Source of the DNA: an uncultured virus (IMG/VR IMGVR_UViG_3300035520_000308)
Taxonomy: Duplodnaviria; Heunggongvirae; Uroviricota; Caudoviricetes
Reading direction: 5' to 3' (one strand)
DNA length: 64,000 nt
Virus record (IMG/VR): IMGVR_UViG_3300035520_000308
Within the stretch, counting starts at the first letter, position 1, and every line of letters starts with the position of its first letter. Positions 49,777-60,787 of the stretch are shown here, one piece after another. A program made the translations under genes and the position numbers. The notes beneath the pieces were generated by a model. The model was not told the DNA's origin. It did no database searches and saw only the letters and a program-made list of their open reading frames with translations.

Positions 49777-49971
49777 CTAATAAAAAGTCATTCCGGAACT
49801 ACAAGGTCTTTTCGGAATATTCTTTAATTCCACCTTATCAGTATCTACATGGTACACAATTCGTTTCTTACACTTTTTGCAGTTTGCGATTATATTTATT
49901 TGCGATTTTCCGTCATAGCGTGCAACTTTGTGTTTGCACCTCGGACAGTATATTATCTTTTCTCTTCCCAT
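49777..49971 (-). CDS. Com-like Zn-ribbon protein
   Basis: CPRC...CKKCK. Confidence 0.55.
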   Translation of the reverse strand: MGREKIIYCPRCKHKVARYDGKSQINIIANCKKCKKRIVYHVDTDKVELKNIPKRPCSSGMTFY

Positions 49972-50118
49972 ATTTCATTTCCTTTTTAAGCAAAAAGAAA
50001 ATGTGCCGCAAAACTGCGACACACTTCTTGTACACGGGGGATTTTGGTTGCCGATGTTCAATCTCGGTTTCCTCGATTTTAATTATATAAAATTTTTCCG
50101 TGACATATAGGACAACTT

Positions 50119-50559
50119 TCAATCTTTTTCCATAAATCTGTAAAATGCTTTTTTTACACTATCTTCCGTATTCCCTCCAATCCGGTTTGCTACCTGTTGC
50201 CAAGATAATCCCTCAACAACTCTAAGGTTTATGATTCTTCTCATTCTGCTGTCATCTATCGAAGAAATGAACTCTTCCACCTTGTTCAGAGTTTCCAGTA
50301 ATTCAAATTCAAGGCTTTCCAGTGTCGCTTTCCGCATATAGAGAAGTGTTTTCTTCTTGCTATACTCCGGATATGGGAATCCCTCAATGCGGAATGATTG
50401 CAATCCTCCATCTCCACCCATCACTTTATCAACGACTGTTCCATCTTCTTCAATTTTCTCAATCTGCTGTTCGTTCCTTTCAATTCTTTGTCTTAATTCC
50501 TTTACTTCCTGTTGCAAATCTGAATATTGTGTTAAGATTTCCTTGTTCATCAATTTCAC
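50119..50559 (-). CDS. ArpU/RinA-like late transcription regulator
   Basis: Coiled coil then RRIINLRVVEGLSWQQVA sigma4-like HTH. Confidence 0.75.
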   Translation of the reverse strand: MKLMNKEILTQYSDLQQEVKELRQRIERNEQQIEKIEEDGTVVDKVMGGDGGLQSFRIEGFPYPEYSKKKTLLYMRKATLESLEFELLETLNKVEEFISSIDDSRMRRIINLRVVEGLSWQQVANRIGGNTEDSVKKAFYRFMEKD

Positions 50560-50563
50560 TCCT

Positions 50564-52267
50564 TTATATAGGGCTTGACATGATAAATGCTTCTTTTCTT
50601 CTTTGCGGTTTTGTTACAAATAACGCAAAATTCGCCAGTCCATCCGGGACATCATCATGCTCATTTTTGCCAACTACTGAATACGTCATTAACCAACTCA
50701 TCATAATTCCATAATCATCTTTGGGCTTATAATTTTCTCTATCTTTAAACAATATGTGTTTTTTTACCCAATCTGCGTTTACGATAATTCTTGTTTCTTT
50801 GTTTGTTTCTGTCGGCTTATCTGTAATGTTGCATCTTCCGCCTTTTTTTTCTACCCTCTTATTAACTTCATAAGATACTCTGTCTCCACCGGAATTACTT
50901 TCAAACTCGCATTGTTGCATATTGTGTTCTACAATAATATTTGATAATCTTTCATACTGTACTCCATAATCCGTATTATCATCACATATACAATCAAGCA
51001 AATAAAAATCGTCATCATATTGATACATACAAGGCAAAAACATAAAGTCTGTTCCCTTGTTTTTGACATCACATACACCAATTATTGCATCCGGCTCACG
51101 AATAGGCATTGATATAAATCTTCGTATATCATCTTCGTGGTATAGCAATCCCTCACGCTCAATCGGCTCGTTTTTATATAAACATTTATATGATATTTCA
51201 TCCATGCAGGATTCTTGGTCATGGAAAAATTCAACCGACATCCCATTGTACTTATAATCAAAATTACTTTTCCCAGTAACAGGGTCTATATCCGGAACAG
51301 CTATAAACCTAGCGCGCTCATCTCCTGCATATATTTGTTTTAATCTGCCGATAACATCATGTACACTCCACCTTGTAGCAATATGTATTTCTTTTACTTT
51401 TTCATTTAATTTTCTTTGCCTTGCATCGGTTCCGTATATTCTCCATAATTTATCAAGTGTTCGCTTGTTTAATGCTTCTTCGATACCACCAATAAGGTCA
51501 TCACAATACAAATATCTGTTACAACGAACTTTTCCGGCATTTTTACTTCCTACTGATGTGCATTGTATATTTGCATATGACTTTTCTTTGTCGAAGTTTA
51601 TTCTCTGTCTTTTTGCATCTGTGTTTTTTAACTTTACTTTTGGGAAAATTTCGTTCCAAGTATATTCTTCAAAATTAGTAGTTATATCAAGAACTCCATC
51701 ATAAAACATTCTTGTTATATCATCAGAGTGTGAGAAAAAAAGGCTATAATCTTTTGGATGCTTTCCTATTATCCATGAACAAAAGAATTTTTCGAGAGTT
51801 GTTTTTTGTGTGCCGGGTGGCATGGAAATTGACAAAATATCTAACTTATCATCTTCCAAGTCCTGCATGGCTTGTATAAGACCATGTCTGTTTAATTGTT
51901 CTCGTTTTGGTGCGTAAAATTTCTCGCTTTCTTCCCTGTTTTTTTCAAGATACAATAAATAACTATCAAACAAATACGGTGCTTCTGAAAGCAATATTTC
52001 GTACCATACTTCCAACATTTCATAACTTGCATTATTTTTATTGCAATATTCGTCTAAATCAAAGATAGTTCCTCCCGTTAATTGCAATACAAACAGTTCT
52101 ATAATTTCTTTTGCTCTTTTAGACAAACATAACGCATAGTCAACATCATTTTCCAAAAATGCCACTTGTACAGCTTGACTATATGCTTTAATAACATCCT
52201 CATCTATCCCATGTTTCTCTATGTAATTTTCATAACTTTTTATGGTATTTTTCAATTCGATTGACAT
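50564..52267 (-). CDS. Terminase large subunit
   Basis: SMPPGTQKT Walker A, YCDDLI, ATRWSVHD, CDV..KG.D, HDDVPDG nuclease motif. Confidence 0.88.
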   Translation of the reverse strand: MSIELKNTIKSYENYIEKHGIDEDVIKAYSQAVQVAFLENDVDYALCLSKRAKEIIELFVLQLTGGTIFDLDEYCNKNNASYEMLEVWYEILLSEAPYLFDSYLLYLEKNREESEKFYAPKREQLNRHGLIQAMQDLEDDKLDILSISMPPGTQKTTLEKFFCSWIIGKHPKDYSLFFSHSDDITRMFYDGVLDITTNFEEYTWNEIFPKVKLKNTDAKRQRINFDKEKSYANIQCTSVGSKNAGKVRCNRYLYCDDLIGGIEEALNKRTLDKLWRIYGTDARQRKLNEKVKEIHIATRWSVHDVIGRLKQIYAGDERARFIAVPDIDPVTGKSNFDYKYNGMSVEFFHDQESCMDEISYKCLYKNEPIEREGLLYHEDDIRRFISMPIREPDAIIGVCDVKNKGTDFMFLPCMYQYDDDFYLLDCICDDNTDYGVQYERLSNIIVEHNMQQCEFESNSGGDRVSYEVNKRVEKKGGRCNITDKPTETNKETRIIVNADWVKKHILFKDRENYKPKDDYGIMMSWLMTYSVVGKNEHDDVPDGLANFALFVTKPQRRKEAFIMSSPI

Positions 52268-52841
52268 AAGAAAAGCACCTCTTTTCTGTAAATACAAAAA
52301 TAAAGGTGCTGCTTCACCGATACACATTCCTGCTTGAATGTGCCATTAGAATTTATAATAATTTCAATGTTTGAGTTACGATTTCATTGTCTTTGATAAC
52401 AACTAATCCATCATCATTAAAAACATTTTGAGTTAAAGTGCAAGTAACTCTGTATGGCTCATCGTCAAAAACATCGTGTCGGAAATGAAAATCAATCATT
52501 GTTCCAGTTTTCACTTTTTCTCCGTTGATGTAAACTTCGGTTTTCTGTCCGTCACTCTCAATTCTGATTTTTGGATTTTCCATGCTTAAATACCTCACTT
52601 TCATATATTTCTTTATATTCACCGCACAGTTTGTCAATGGTAATTGTACCTAATCCTGTATCTGCGTTATAATCGCAAAATCCATTATCAATCCATTTTC
52701 TTAAGTAATACAATAGCTGTTTCTTTGGAAACCCTAATTCTTCAAATGTATAGATTATATCCCATATATTCCTACTACCCCATAGCTGATAATCCCAACT
52801 ATTTATACAAGCCATAAAGAATATTCTTTCAAGTGGTTTCA

Positions 52842-53297
52842 TTATTCATTCCTCATAAATTTTGAAAAATCTTTCCGACAATCTCCGCAGAATGCTATCT
52901 CACAATTTCGTATACATACCAAACTGTCTTTAATATATATCAATGCCGGCTCATCGGATTCTTCATATCTCATATATCCGATAAATCCGTCCGTTTCCAC
53001 ATATGGACTTATAAAATCCAAAAAGTTTTCTATTTCTGAATCATAGTTCTTCAGATTACTTCTCACATTCAAATGATATTTGCAATCTGTATTATTGTAT
53101 TCCATTTTGCTGTCTGTAATACTGTCAAAATAATAACTGTCACAAGTTAAAACCATTCTGTGCCTATCACAACTAAACAGTTTGTGTTCTATACAAGGCT
53201 TTTTGTCTGTCTCATACAATAGATACTTAACAGCATCTATAACTTCTTTTGGTGTATCCTCTTTAAAGGCAACACCGATATTGAACTCTGTATACAT
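52842..53297 (-). CDS. Phage hypothetical protein
   Basis: MYTEF...LKNYDSEIE.FLDFI...GY.RYEE. Confidence 0.55.
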   Translation of the reverse strand: MYTEFNIGVAFKEDTPKEVIDAVKYLLYETDKKPCIEHKLFSCDRHRMVLTCDSYYFDSITDSKMEYNNTDCKYHLNVRSNLKNYDSEIENFLDFISPYVETDGFIGYMRYEESDEPALIYIKDSLVCIRNCEIAFCGDCRKDFSKFMRNE

Positions 53298-53307
53298 TCC
53301 CACTATG

Positions 53308-53898
53308 TCACCTCTTTCCGTTCCATTCAAAACCGAAGTCTGTACGCTTAATCTTGCATTTAGGTTCTCCGTCTTTCCAAAACACAATGCCTTCGATGTA
53401 ATTATCATGGAGATATTTTTTTATTCCCTCAAATGTGCGTTCAACAAAAATAACATGGTTTCCATGACACACTAATAGTTCTTCCTCTAAGTTATATGGA
53501 TTTCCTTGAAAATGCTTTCCAATAGCCTCATACGTTCCATCATGAAGTGTAAAATCTTGGTTATCGTCGCACATCACTGTGTTATAATATGCTTCTTTAA
53601 ACCACTTATCAGCAGGATTATTTTCATCAACCTTTACCCAACAAGGCAAATGTCCTGTTACTTTGTCCGGCTCGTCTTGGCACTTAATAGCACCGTCAGG
53701 TATAGGTTTACCTTTCTTTGCATCGTAACGTTTATAAAACTCTCCGTCGATAACCGCACAGCATGAGCCGTCGTACTTAATTGTGGCTATGCCATCGCCA
53801 TTTAGCACCCATTCCATACCATTTGTAATGTTTGGAAGTATATCAATGACTTTATGATTTTCATAAACTCTCTCAAAGAGTGTTGGTATCTTCTTCAT
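53308..53898 (-). CDS. RNA ligase-like nucleotidyltransferase (DUF5565-like)
   Basis: KYDGSC (KxDG), GTYE, EGIV, KIK motifs. Confidence 0.7.
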   Translation of the reverse strand: MKKIPTLFERVYENHKVIDILPNITNGMEWVLNGDGIATIKYDGSCCAVIDGEFYKRYDAKKGKPIPDGAIKCQDEPDKVTGHLPCWVKVDENNPADKWFKEAYYNTVMCDDNQDFTLHDGTYEAIGKHFQGNPYNLEEELLVCHGNHVIFVERTFEGIKKYLHDNYIEGIVFWKDGEPKCKIKRTDFGFEWNGKR

Positions 53899-54123
53899 CT
53901 TTCCACCTCACATTAATTTCTTTTTTGCCACTTCCTTAATCGCTATACCATTGGAAGTTTTCGTAATTTCGACATCTTTTCCTCTTGATATAGCCTTGCT
54001 CATTTCTGCCAGTTTGTCCGCAAGTTGCATTTTGATTTCTCTTTCTGTCATTATTTCCCTCGTTTCTGCTTGCTATCAGTCTTAAAAACTGCTCATTTGA
54101 AATCCCAAGTGCTGTTGCCATGC

Positions 54124-54582
54124 TCATTTTTCCATTATCTCCATAATTCTTCTGTATTTCTCGACCATCACATCAAGCGCTGTGTTTAATCTGTTTATCC
54201 GTATGCATTCTTGCTGATATTTATTGTCTAACTGGTTATATTTTGCAACCAATTCATCAAATGTGTAATTCTCGGACAAATCACACGCATCTACTATTTT
54301 ACTTTCTATTTTTTCTTTTTCTTTAGGTTTCATACTTACGATAAGTGCTTTCAACTTATCATTTTCCTCTTCCAGTTCCATGATTCTGTCCATGAGCATT
54401 TGGTCGTGTTCTTCAAAGCTATAATTTTTCACCTCGTACCCATATACGCATCTCAATATCTTTATTCCATCTTCATTTGTGAATTTATTTTCTGCTGTTC
54501 TTACAATCTCTAGTTCCACTCCATGATTTTTCATTAAGTTTATAAGACTTTTTAATTCTTCCGGATTTGGAAATTTTTCCAT
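54124..54582 (-). CDS. Coiled-coil hypothetical protein
   Basis: ORF with GGAGG RBS. Confidence 0.5.
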   Translation of the reverse strand: MEKFPNPEELKSLINLMKNHGVELEIVRTAENKFTNEDGIKILRCVYGYEVKNYSFEEHDQMLMDRIMELEEENDKLKALIVSMKPKEKEKIESKIVDACDLSENYTFDELVAKYNQLDNKYQQECIRINRLNTALDVMVEKYRRIMEIMEK

Positions 54583-54604
54583 CTTTTCGCCTCCACTAAT
54601 ACAA

Positions 54605-54982
54605 TTATTCAATTTCCTCTATCTTTATAATATTCTGATACATACTAAAAATTGGAACTCTATAACCGATAACTGTAATTTTATAAATATGTCCTTCTTT
54701 TAGTTCCCCTTGCATATTGGAACTATTCCATTTTCCTCTAATGAAACAATCCGTATTTTCAAAAACCAAAGAATTTCCATTTTCATCATCAGCAAATACC
54801 AGATATTTTGAATACGAATTTTTACCATTCTTTGAATAAATTCTATCTTTGTCTGTAATTGTAACTGTATAATCAGTATCGTTAAAATTAAATATCGCAT
54901 TATCCGTAATTAAAATGGCTATAACCAGAATGAATAATCCTATCAGTTTTAATTTCCCAATGTTTAATTTCATTCTTTCCAC
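54605..54982 (-). CDS. Membrane-anchored phage protein
   Basis: TM helix; VFENTD...NSS; GYRVPIFSMYQNI. Confidence 0.6.
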   Translation of the reverse strand: MERMKLNIGKLKLIGLFILVIAILITDNAIFNFNDTDYTVTITDKDRIYSKNGKNSYSKYLVFADDENGNSLVFENTDCFIRGKWNSSNMQGELKEGHIYKITVIGYRVPIFSMYQNIIKIEEIE

Positions 54983-55668
54983 CTCCCAATTAGATTCGCA
55001 TATTTGCTATGCCATAATGCATAAGACAATCTCGGTAACTTCTTCATTTTCCATGTATTGCAGAATCCCATGCCTTTTTCTTCTAAGTATTTTTCCATAA
55101 TTGGATAATACCGGTATGATTTTATGAAATCTGTGATTCTTATCAGCATATAAAACTCCTTAATATAGCTTTCTTCCACATTTTGGACAGAATTTCACGA
55201 TAAAACTCTCATCACTGTAATAGCTTGGTCTGTCTACGTCATGAACGCATAGAAGATACATTCCTACTCCACGTTGCAAATATATTTCCGTGTCAACATC
55301 TCTGTCTCTTTTTCCTTTTTCGCAAAACTCACACATATCATTCCCTCAATCTTCTCCCACACATAGGACAAAATTCAATTTCTAAAAATGCACCACATCC
55401 AAATCTGTCAAATATCATCAATGCTGGACTTTCTTTTTCGTGTAAGAATATCTGACAGTCTTTCATATCTGTTTCACTTGCTGTCTTTTTAAGTTTCATT
55501 ATCTTGCAACATTCAACAGTTTTATTTTTCTGTCCATGGCAAAACTCACATTCATTTTCTTTTATCCCAAGCACAGCATTTGCAACTCTTTTGCACTCCG
55601 CTCCGTTATCCTCATGCGTACATTTATCATTTTCATTAAATCGGCAAGTTGTGAAATGGCAGTCCATA

Positions 55669-56403
55669 TTATCCTATCTCCCCGGTTATCAATTCTGAAT
55701 ATGGTAAATTCTCTATCCACTCACAAAATGTCTGCCATTCCGTTAATTTGTGGTTTTTCCTGCTGTGATAGATGCTCGCCAATACCTCATAATTCAACAT
55801 GAAAGTTGATTTCTGATTGTAGCTTGACGGTAGAATCTGTATAATTTCATGCCAGTATTTTTTATTTTGAGTTTCAGCATACATCTCTCTAAGGATATTC
55901 AAACTTCCAATAATGGATTTCAACATATTACGAGTAGAGAATGTCGTAGTTGGAATTGGTTCATCACCAATTAAATTTTCACAACTAAAATCATCAAGTG
56001 TAAATTCCTTGTTTGTTATGGTGTGCATAGTCGAACAACTGTTTCTAACAGTTCCAACCTTGTAAGCATCAAGTTGTTTATAGAAATATATCGGTGCTGT
56101 GATATCCATATAAACTACAATCATCCGCATAAATTTTCTGTGGTCTGCACCAGATTTGCACAGCTTTTTCATGAGTTTTAAGTCATTCTTTCCAACTATG
56201 AAGTTTGACATATGTAAATCATACTTATTGCATTCCGCATATTCTCCATTTTCTCCATCCACTGTAAAATAAGGACATAAACCCTTTTGGCAATCATCAT
56301 CACACTCAAAACTGTCCGATTTATCCCAACTGTTATACGGATTTCTCATGCCACGAATAGCAGCCTCCCAACCGACAACCTCGACATTTTCAATCTTAAT
56401 CAT
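55669..56403 (-). CDS. ThyX-like (FAD-dependent thymidylate synthase fold) protein
   Basis: H.KF.R, NSCST, LPSSY, R.NHKL.EW; next to dUTPase; canonical RHR absent. Confidence 0.6.
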   Translation of the reverse strand: MIKIENVEVVGWEAAIRGMRNPYNSWDKSDSFECDDDCQKGLCPYFTVDGENGEYAECNKYDLHMSNFIVGKNDLKLMKKLCKSGADHRKFMRMIVVYMDITAPIYFYKQLDAYKVGTVRNSCSTMHTITNKEFTLDDFSCENLIGDEPIPTTTFSTRNMLKSIIGSLNILREMYAETQNKKYWHEIIQILPSSYNQKSTFMLNYEVLASIYHSRKNHKLTEWQTFCEWIENLPYSELITGEIG

Positions 56404-56406
56404 TCC

Positions 56407-56823
56407 TTACCTCCCTGTACTTCCAAATCCATTGTTTCCACGTTCTGTGTCAGACAAATCATCAACAACTTTCATTTCCGCTTTCAGAATCGGCAAAATC
56501 ACAAGTTGGATAATCTTGTCACCCTTTTCAAAAATGTAATTCATATTGCTATTGTTATACAGTTTCACTTTGATACTTCCAGTGTAACCACAATCAATCA
56601 CTCCCTCGCCTGTGATATCATGATTCACATTAAGTCCACTCTTGCTTTTCAGAAATCCAACATACCCGTCTGGAATTTCTACATGAACGCCTGTGTCAAT
56701 GACTTCGCTTTGTCCTCCCTCAAGAAGAAAATCATGTGGTGTACGCAAATCATATCCCGCATCTTCCTCATGTGCCTTTTCTGGCATATACGCTCCATCA
56801 TCAAGTTTTACGTTAATCGTCAT
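56407..56823 (-). CDS. dut: dUTPase
   Basis: AGYDL, KSGL, GVIDCGYTG, GDKIIQLV, RGNNGFGSTG. Confidence 0.95.
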   Translation of the reverse strand: MTINVKLDDGAYMPEKAHEEDAGYDLRTPHDFLLEGGQSEVIDTGVHVEIPDGYVGFLKSKSGLNVNHDITGEGVIDCGYTGSIKVKLYNNSNMNYIFEKGDKIIQLVILPILKAEMKVVDDLSDTERGNNGFGSTGR

Positions 56824-56843
56824 TTTTTAAACTCCTTTTAGTT

Positions 56844-57728
56844 TTATGCAATGTCATTCTCAAATTCAATGCCATATTCTCTGCACTTTTCGACTAACTC
56901 ATCAAGGCTCTTTCTTCCAAGATTTCTAATTTGCATAAGTTGGCTTAAACTGTAATCTTCAAGTTGGCGCGATTGAGTAATTCCTGCGCGCTTAAGGCAA
57001 TTATATGCTCTTACGGATAAATTCATCTCCTCGATATATACGTTAGGGATAGGTACATCAAAACCGTCTTTGTTTAATTTTGCTATTTCTGCAAGTTTTT
57101 CTGTGCGTTCTTTTATGTCTTTTAATCTATTTGCGCTTTTTACCGTTTCTGCACACCTTTTCCGATATTCTTCCTCGGCTCTTTTAATCTTTTCTTGATA
57201 AGCCTTTTGCTCATCAATGATTTGTTGATACTTTTCAAGATATTCCTTGCCGATTGTAAATATTTTCACTCTGTTTGGGTGACGCAATTTTCTATGTGCC
57301 TTATGTTCAACTTGTCGTATTCTCTCTCTTGTGACATTAAAAATCTTTCCAATTTCCTCATACGTCATACCGTCTTCAAATCGGTAGCGGACTATCTTTG
57401 ATTCTCTGTCCGTAAGAGTTTGCAATGCAAATTCATAGCACTCGTCAAAATCAGATGCATATGCAACTTTGCCATCAAATACAGTATTTAAAAACTTCTC
57501 TTTCCAGTCGTATTCGATTTCAACATCTGCAACTGGAATATCCTCTTTGTACGCCCATTCTCTACGCACAAACTCTCTAAACTTGTCTGAGTTAATATTT
57601 TCCAATCTACAAGCTGATTGTTCACTTTCTCCACTCTCAACATGTTCAACGATATTCAACATACGAGTAAGGATATCTTTTGCGTTTGCATAAATCTCTT
57701 TCTTTTGCACTTTTTGCTTTCCTGCCAT
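56844..57728 (-). CDS. Sigma70 region 4 fused to RNA polymerase alpha-CTD-like domain
   Basis: [49 protein letters not shown]...[11 protein letters not shown]. Confidence 0.85.
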   Translation of the reverse strand: MAGKQKVQKKEIYANAKDILTRMLNIVEHVESGESEQSACRLENINSDKFREFVRREWAYKEDIPVADVEIEYDWKEKFLNTVFDGKVAYASDFDECYEFALQTLTDRESKIVRYRFEDGMTYEEIGKIFNVTRERIRQVEHKAHRKLRHPNRVKIFTIGKEYLEKYQQIIDEQKAYQEKIKRAEEEYRKRCAETVKSANRLKDIKERTEKLAEIAKLNKDGFDVPIPNVYIEEMNLSVRAYNCLKRAGITQSRQLEDYSLSQLMQIRNLGRKSLDELVEKCREYGIEFENDIA

Positions 57729-57759
57729 ATATCTCTATCCCCTTTCGGCAACCAAAAAT

Positions 57760-58812
57760 TCAATCATCATCCTTTTCGTCTATTCCTCCATAACAAGTCC
57801 TGTAAAACAGATTCTCAATTATGGTATCATTCCAGAAATAGCACAATGTCTTGTCTATTTCTCCGTCAAATCCACCTCGCTTGTTATATTCCGTGTTAAA
57901 GAATTTGTCTATCATCATGCGATAGCTTTCAATTATCTCGTCCTCTTCCATCGTTGCCAATAGTTCTGTTGGCTCTATATACTTCCTGACTAACTTCTCT
58001 ATCGTTTCCGGTTTCAGAAATTTATGCGGTTTTCCAAGCCTTAATTTATATTGTTCGCAAAAATATGAGACTATATTGACAAATTCTTCTGTCTTAGATT
58101 TGCTATCTTCCACACATTCAGATTCTATGTACTGCTCTGCTATGTTCTTCACATACTTCATGTCTAGTCCTTTGTTCGGTTTGGTTTCAGAATCAGAAAA
58201 AGCATAAGATTCTTTCTTTTTCTCTTTGGAAAAAGCATTATTATATTTATTTTCCTTTGGAAAATCATTATAGGTATTCTCTGTATTGTAATCTCTGTTA
58301 TTGTTATATATATTATATATATTATTATAAGGCTCTGTCACATTGTCTGATTCCATTCCGTCATTTTGTCTGTATCTGGAATTTTCATTGTCTTTTGTCT
58401 CTTCTTTTTCTTCTCGATTTTGTGATTCTTCTGTATCTTCTCCTGCAAGTTTTTTCAGTAATTTTTTCAGTTCGTCTTTATTTATCGTATACCAGTTTGG
58501 TCTTTTAGTCCTGTCTTCGCTATAATCTCCTACGATGATAAGATTCTTTTCTCGCAAAGATTTAAATGCTCTCTCAATTGTCTTTTCAGAAAAAAACGGA
58601 AAGTTATCTTCTTTCCATTGTTTCATGGAATTATATACCCAGTATTTTCCATCTCGGAAATTTCTGTTTTCAGATTCATTATGTTCTACCCAGTAATAAA
58701 CTTGCCTTAAAACGATTGTCTCATTTAGACCAATTTCTGTTGCTAATTCCGTGTTTACTGGGATGTTGTTTTTACTCGACAAGAGCAATTTTATGTAGTC
58801 ACTCATTTTCAT
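57760..58812 (-). CDS. Phage replication initiator (winged-helix)
   Basis: LATEIGLNE.IVL.Q..YW, DGKYWVYNS..QW...FPFFSEKTI.R, WYTI; N/Y-rich linker. Confidence 0.75.
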   Translation of the reverse strand: MKMSDYIKLLLSSKNNIPVNTELATEIGLNETIVLRQVYYWVEHNESENRNFRDGKYWVYNSMKQWKEDNFPFFSEKTIERAFKSLREKNLIIVGDYSEDRTKRPNWYTINKDELKKLLKKLAGEDTEESQNREEKEETKDNENSRYRQNDGMESDNVTEPYNNIYNIYNNNRDYNTENTYNDFPKENKYNNAFSKEKKKESYAFSDSETKPNKGLDMKYVKNIAEQYIESECVEDSKSKTEEFVNIVSYFCEQYKLRLGKPHKFLKPETIEKLVRKYIEPTELLATMEEDEIIESYRMMIDKFFNTEYNKRGGFDGEIDKTLCYFWNDTIIENLFYRTCYGGIDEKDDD

Positions 58813-58931
58813 ACCTCCTGTGTTGATATTAAATGCCCACGCATATTTCCTGTGAATTATAAAAACAACGGACAGGCAATCACAGGTTTTGCTTTTCGCC
58901 CCGTCGGGCTATTCCGTTGGTTTTACCAATT

Positions 58932-59153
58932 TTACAGATAACCGAGATTTTTTAGTCCTTGCATAGCTGAAGTCAACCCATTCTTGCTTATGCCATGAAA
59001 TTTTGCTTTCTCATCGTCATTTGCAAACTGAATGTCGTTGTATTTTTCAACTCCAAGTATAAATCTCTGTTCTGGTGTAAGTTTCGTGTCGTAAAACACG
59101 CTTTCTGGAATAAATATTCCTTTACCCTGTTTCTTAAACTCTGTTACTGTCAT
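58932..59153 (-). CDS. Small HTH-like protein
   Basis: GIFIP...D.KLT...GYL; AAAGGCGG RBS. Confidence 0.5.
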   Translation of the reverse strand: MTVTEFKKQGKGIFIPESVFYDTKLTPEQRFILGVEKYNDIQFANDDEKAKFHGISKNGLTSAMQGLKNLGYL

Positions 59154-59254
59154 AGCATTACCGCCTTTCTTGTAATCTGCCTTATCAACATTATGGCAAG
59201 GAAGCGACTAAGGCTTGTCGCTTATCGTGTTGCAATCACTATCCCTGCCAGAAA

Positions 59255-59311
59255 GGAGATGCGGGATTTGCACCCACGCATTTTATGTTCTGGCTAACTG
59301 AACTAATCTCC
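59255..59311 (-). ncRNA. tRNA-like element lacking an anticodon arm
   Basis: GGAGAT/ATCTCC acceptor, TAGTTCAGTTAGCCAGAAC D-arm, GTGGG-TGCAAAT-CCCGC T-arm. Confidence 0.55.
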
Positions 59312-59537
59312 TGAAATGCCTCTATGGCTTTGTATTTTCAATTTTTAGACCTGCTTTCACTATTGGTCGATAATTTACCATCCGCAATAAAAACGTGCCT
59401 TAAAATCGAAATTTGAGTGGTTTCAGACAGATGTAGTAGGCGAAGAAAAGAAAATGGGACTACACCTGTCAGCATTATTTTGTTTTCGACAGCCTGTAAC
59501 CGCAAAGTCACTGTCTAGTCGGTAATGAGCCGACAGA

Positions 59538-59690
59538 TTGCTATGGTTGGGACTTGCACCCAACAATGTAGTTTTGATACGCAAGAAAAGTTTTGTGTGT
59601 TTCCTCCTACTCACTGGCTCATCAATATTGCACTACTTCAATTCTCTGTAACAACGTATCAAATAGCGTCTTATTCCGCCACATAGCAAT
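59538..59690 (-). ncRNA. tRNA-like element with greatly expanded anticodon domain
   Basis: GCTATG/CATAGC acceptor, GCGGAATAAGACGC D-arm, TTTGATACG/CGTATCAAA stem, TTGGG-TGCAAGT-CCCAA T-arm. Confidence 0.5.
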
Positions 59691-60078
59691 TTGATGAATG
59701 AGGTTTCCAACTGGAAAGTTTTTTAAATAGCACTTATTACCCGTGACCATCTCGACCTCGCGCAACCAGTTGACATTATTTTTGGTTTTAGCAGCCTTAA
59801 CCTCAAAAGTACGCTGCCATTTGATGAAATTTTTGATTATCTGGACTATCAGATAATCATTTCCGAACTCTCACCCAGCAAACTTTATAGTCAAAGAGTA
59901 ATGCTAGTTACGTGAGATTATTCATCAAAATCATGGTATGTTTCTTATACAACCCATGCATTAATTCTGTCTACCACATACCAGCCAAACAAAATCTTTT
60001 ACGGAGCTGAAAAGAATAAAAAACAAATTTCTGTAATGCAGAAATTAGATTCCTTTTCTACACTTGGTAGATAGGGAA

Positions 60079-60153
60079 TGCGCATAATGAGAATCGAACT
60101 CATGCTTCCAAACGCTGCCTCATAGAGGCGGACAGAATTACTGCCGTATGCGC
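60079..60153 (-). ncRNA. Degenerate tRNA-like element
   Basis: GCGCATA/TATGCGC-A acceptor, TGAG-TTCGATT-CTCA T-arm. Confidence 0.5.
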
Positions 60154-60230
60154 GCCAATCAATTTTGAAAGGAATTTAAATGAAAAAATGTTTGCCCTCT
60201 GACACTGCGCGGGGTTTTGACAGTATCAGA

Positions 60231-60326
60231 TAGTTGCGGTTTGGATTTGCACCAAACAATTTGAGGATGTGAATCACTTTCTCAAGGCTCTTCAACATTT
60301 GTGTTTACCTTTTCCACCACGCAACT
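60231..60326 (-). ncRNA. Degenerate tRNA-like element
   Basis: AGTTGCG/CGCAACT acceptor, GTGGAAAAGGTAAACAC D-arm, TTTGG-TGCAAAT-CCAAA T-arm. Confidence 0.5.
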
Positions 60327-60724
60327 ATTTTGTCCATTTTATGACTATGTGGATGCATAGGATTTAACTGTCTCAGAGGAGTATCCGCCGGTGCTACCGA
60401 CTTGCAGGAATCAAACCGCCCGCCCAAGCTATAAGGACTAGACCACTATGTTTGCTCTTGCCAGTTTTACAGTTTACTCTGTTTGACAGCTATGCGCTCT
60501 GCCAAAGCGTGATAATCCATTCTGATTATACAATCTGTCTGTGATATCACTCACCGACTTTGAAATGGATTACTTCTTAGGTGATTATACGTTTGTCATA
60601 CGGATTTTAACGTCTTTTTCTGACGGTTTGTGGTATATTATTCCGTGACGTCTTTGGATAACATCCTCTTCCGACGGACAACTAGCACTCATCCCCATTA
60701 ATATACAGGAATGACCGTCAGAAA

Positions 60725-60787
60725 TGGCAATCCGGAGAATTGAACTCCGGTCCTATGAGTTATCATCGCGCCCATACACCAATTGCC
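60725..60787 (-). ncRNA. Short tRNA-like element
   Basis: GGCAAT/ATTGCC-A acceptor, CGGAG-TTCAATT-CTCCG T-arm. Confidence 0.5.

Noticed and set aside
59600..59640. Second hammerhead (UUGAUGAG...GAAAC on the minus strand)
   Set aside because: The core is imperfect and I could not form the stems
59255..60787. Canonical tRNA genes with assignable anticodons
   Set aside because: None shows a standard 5-bp/7-nt anticodon arm, so they are reported as tRNA-like only
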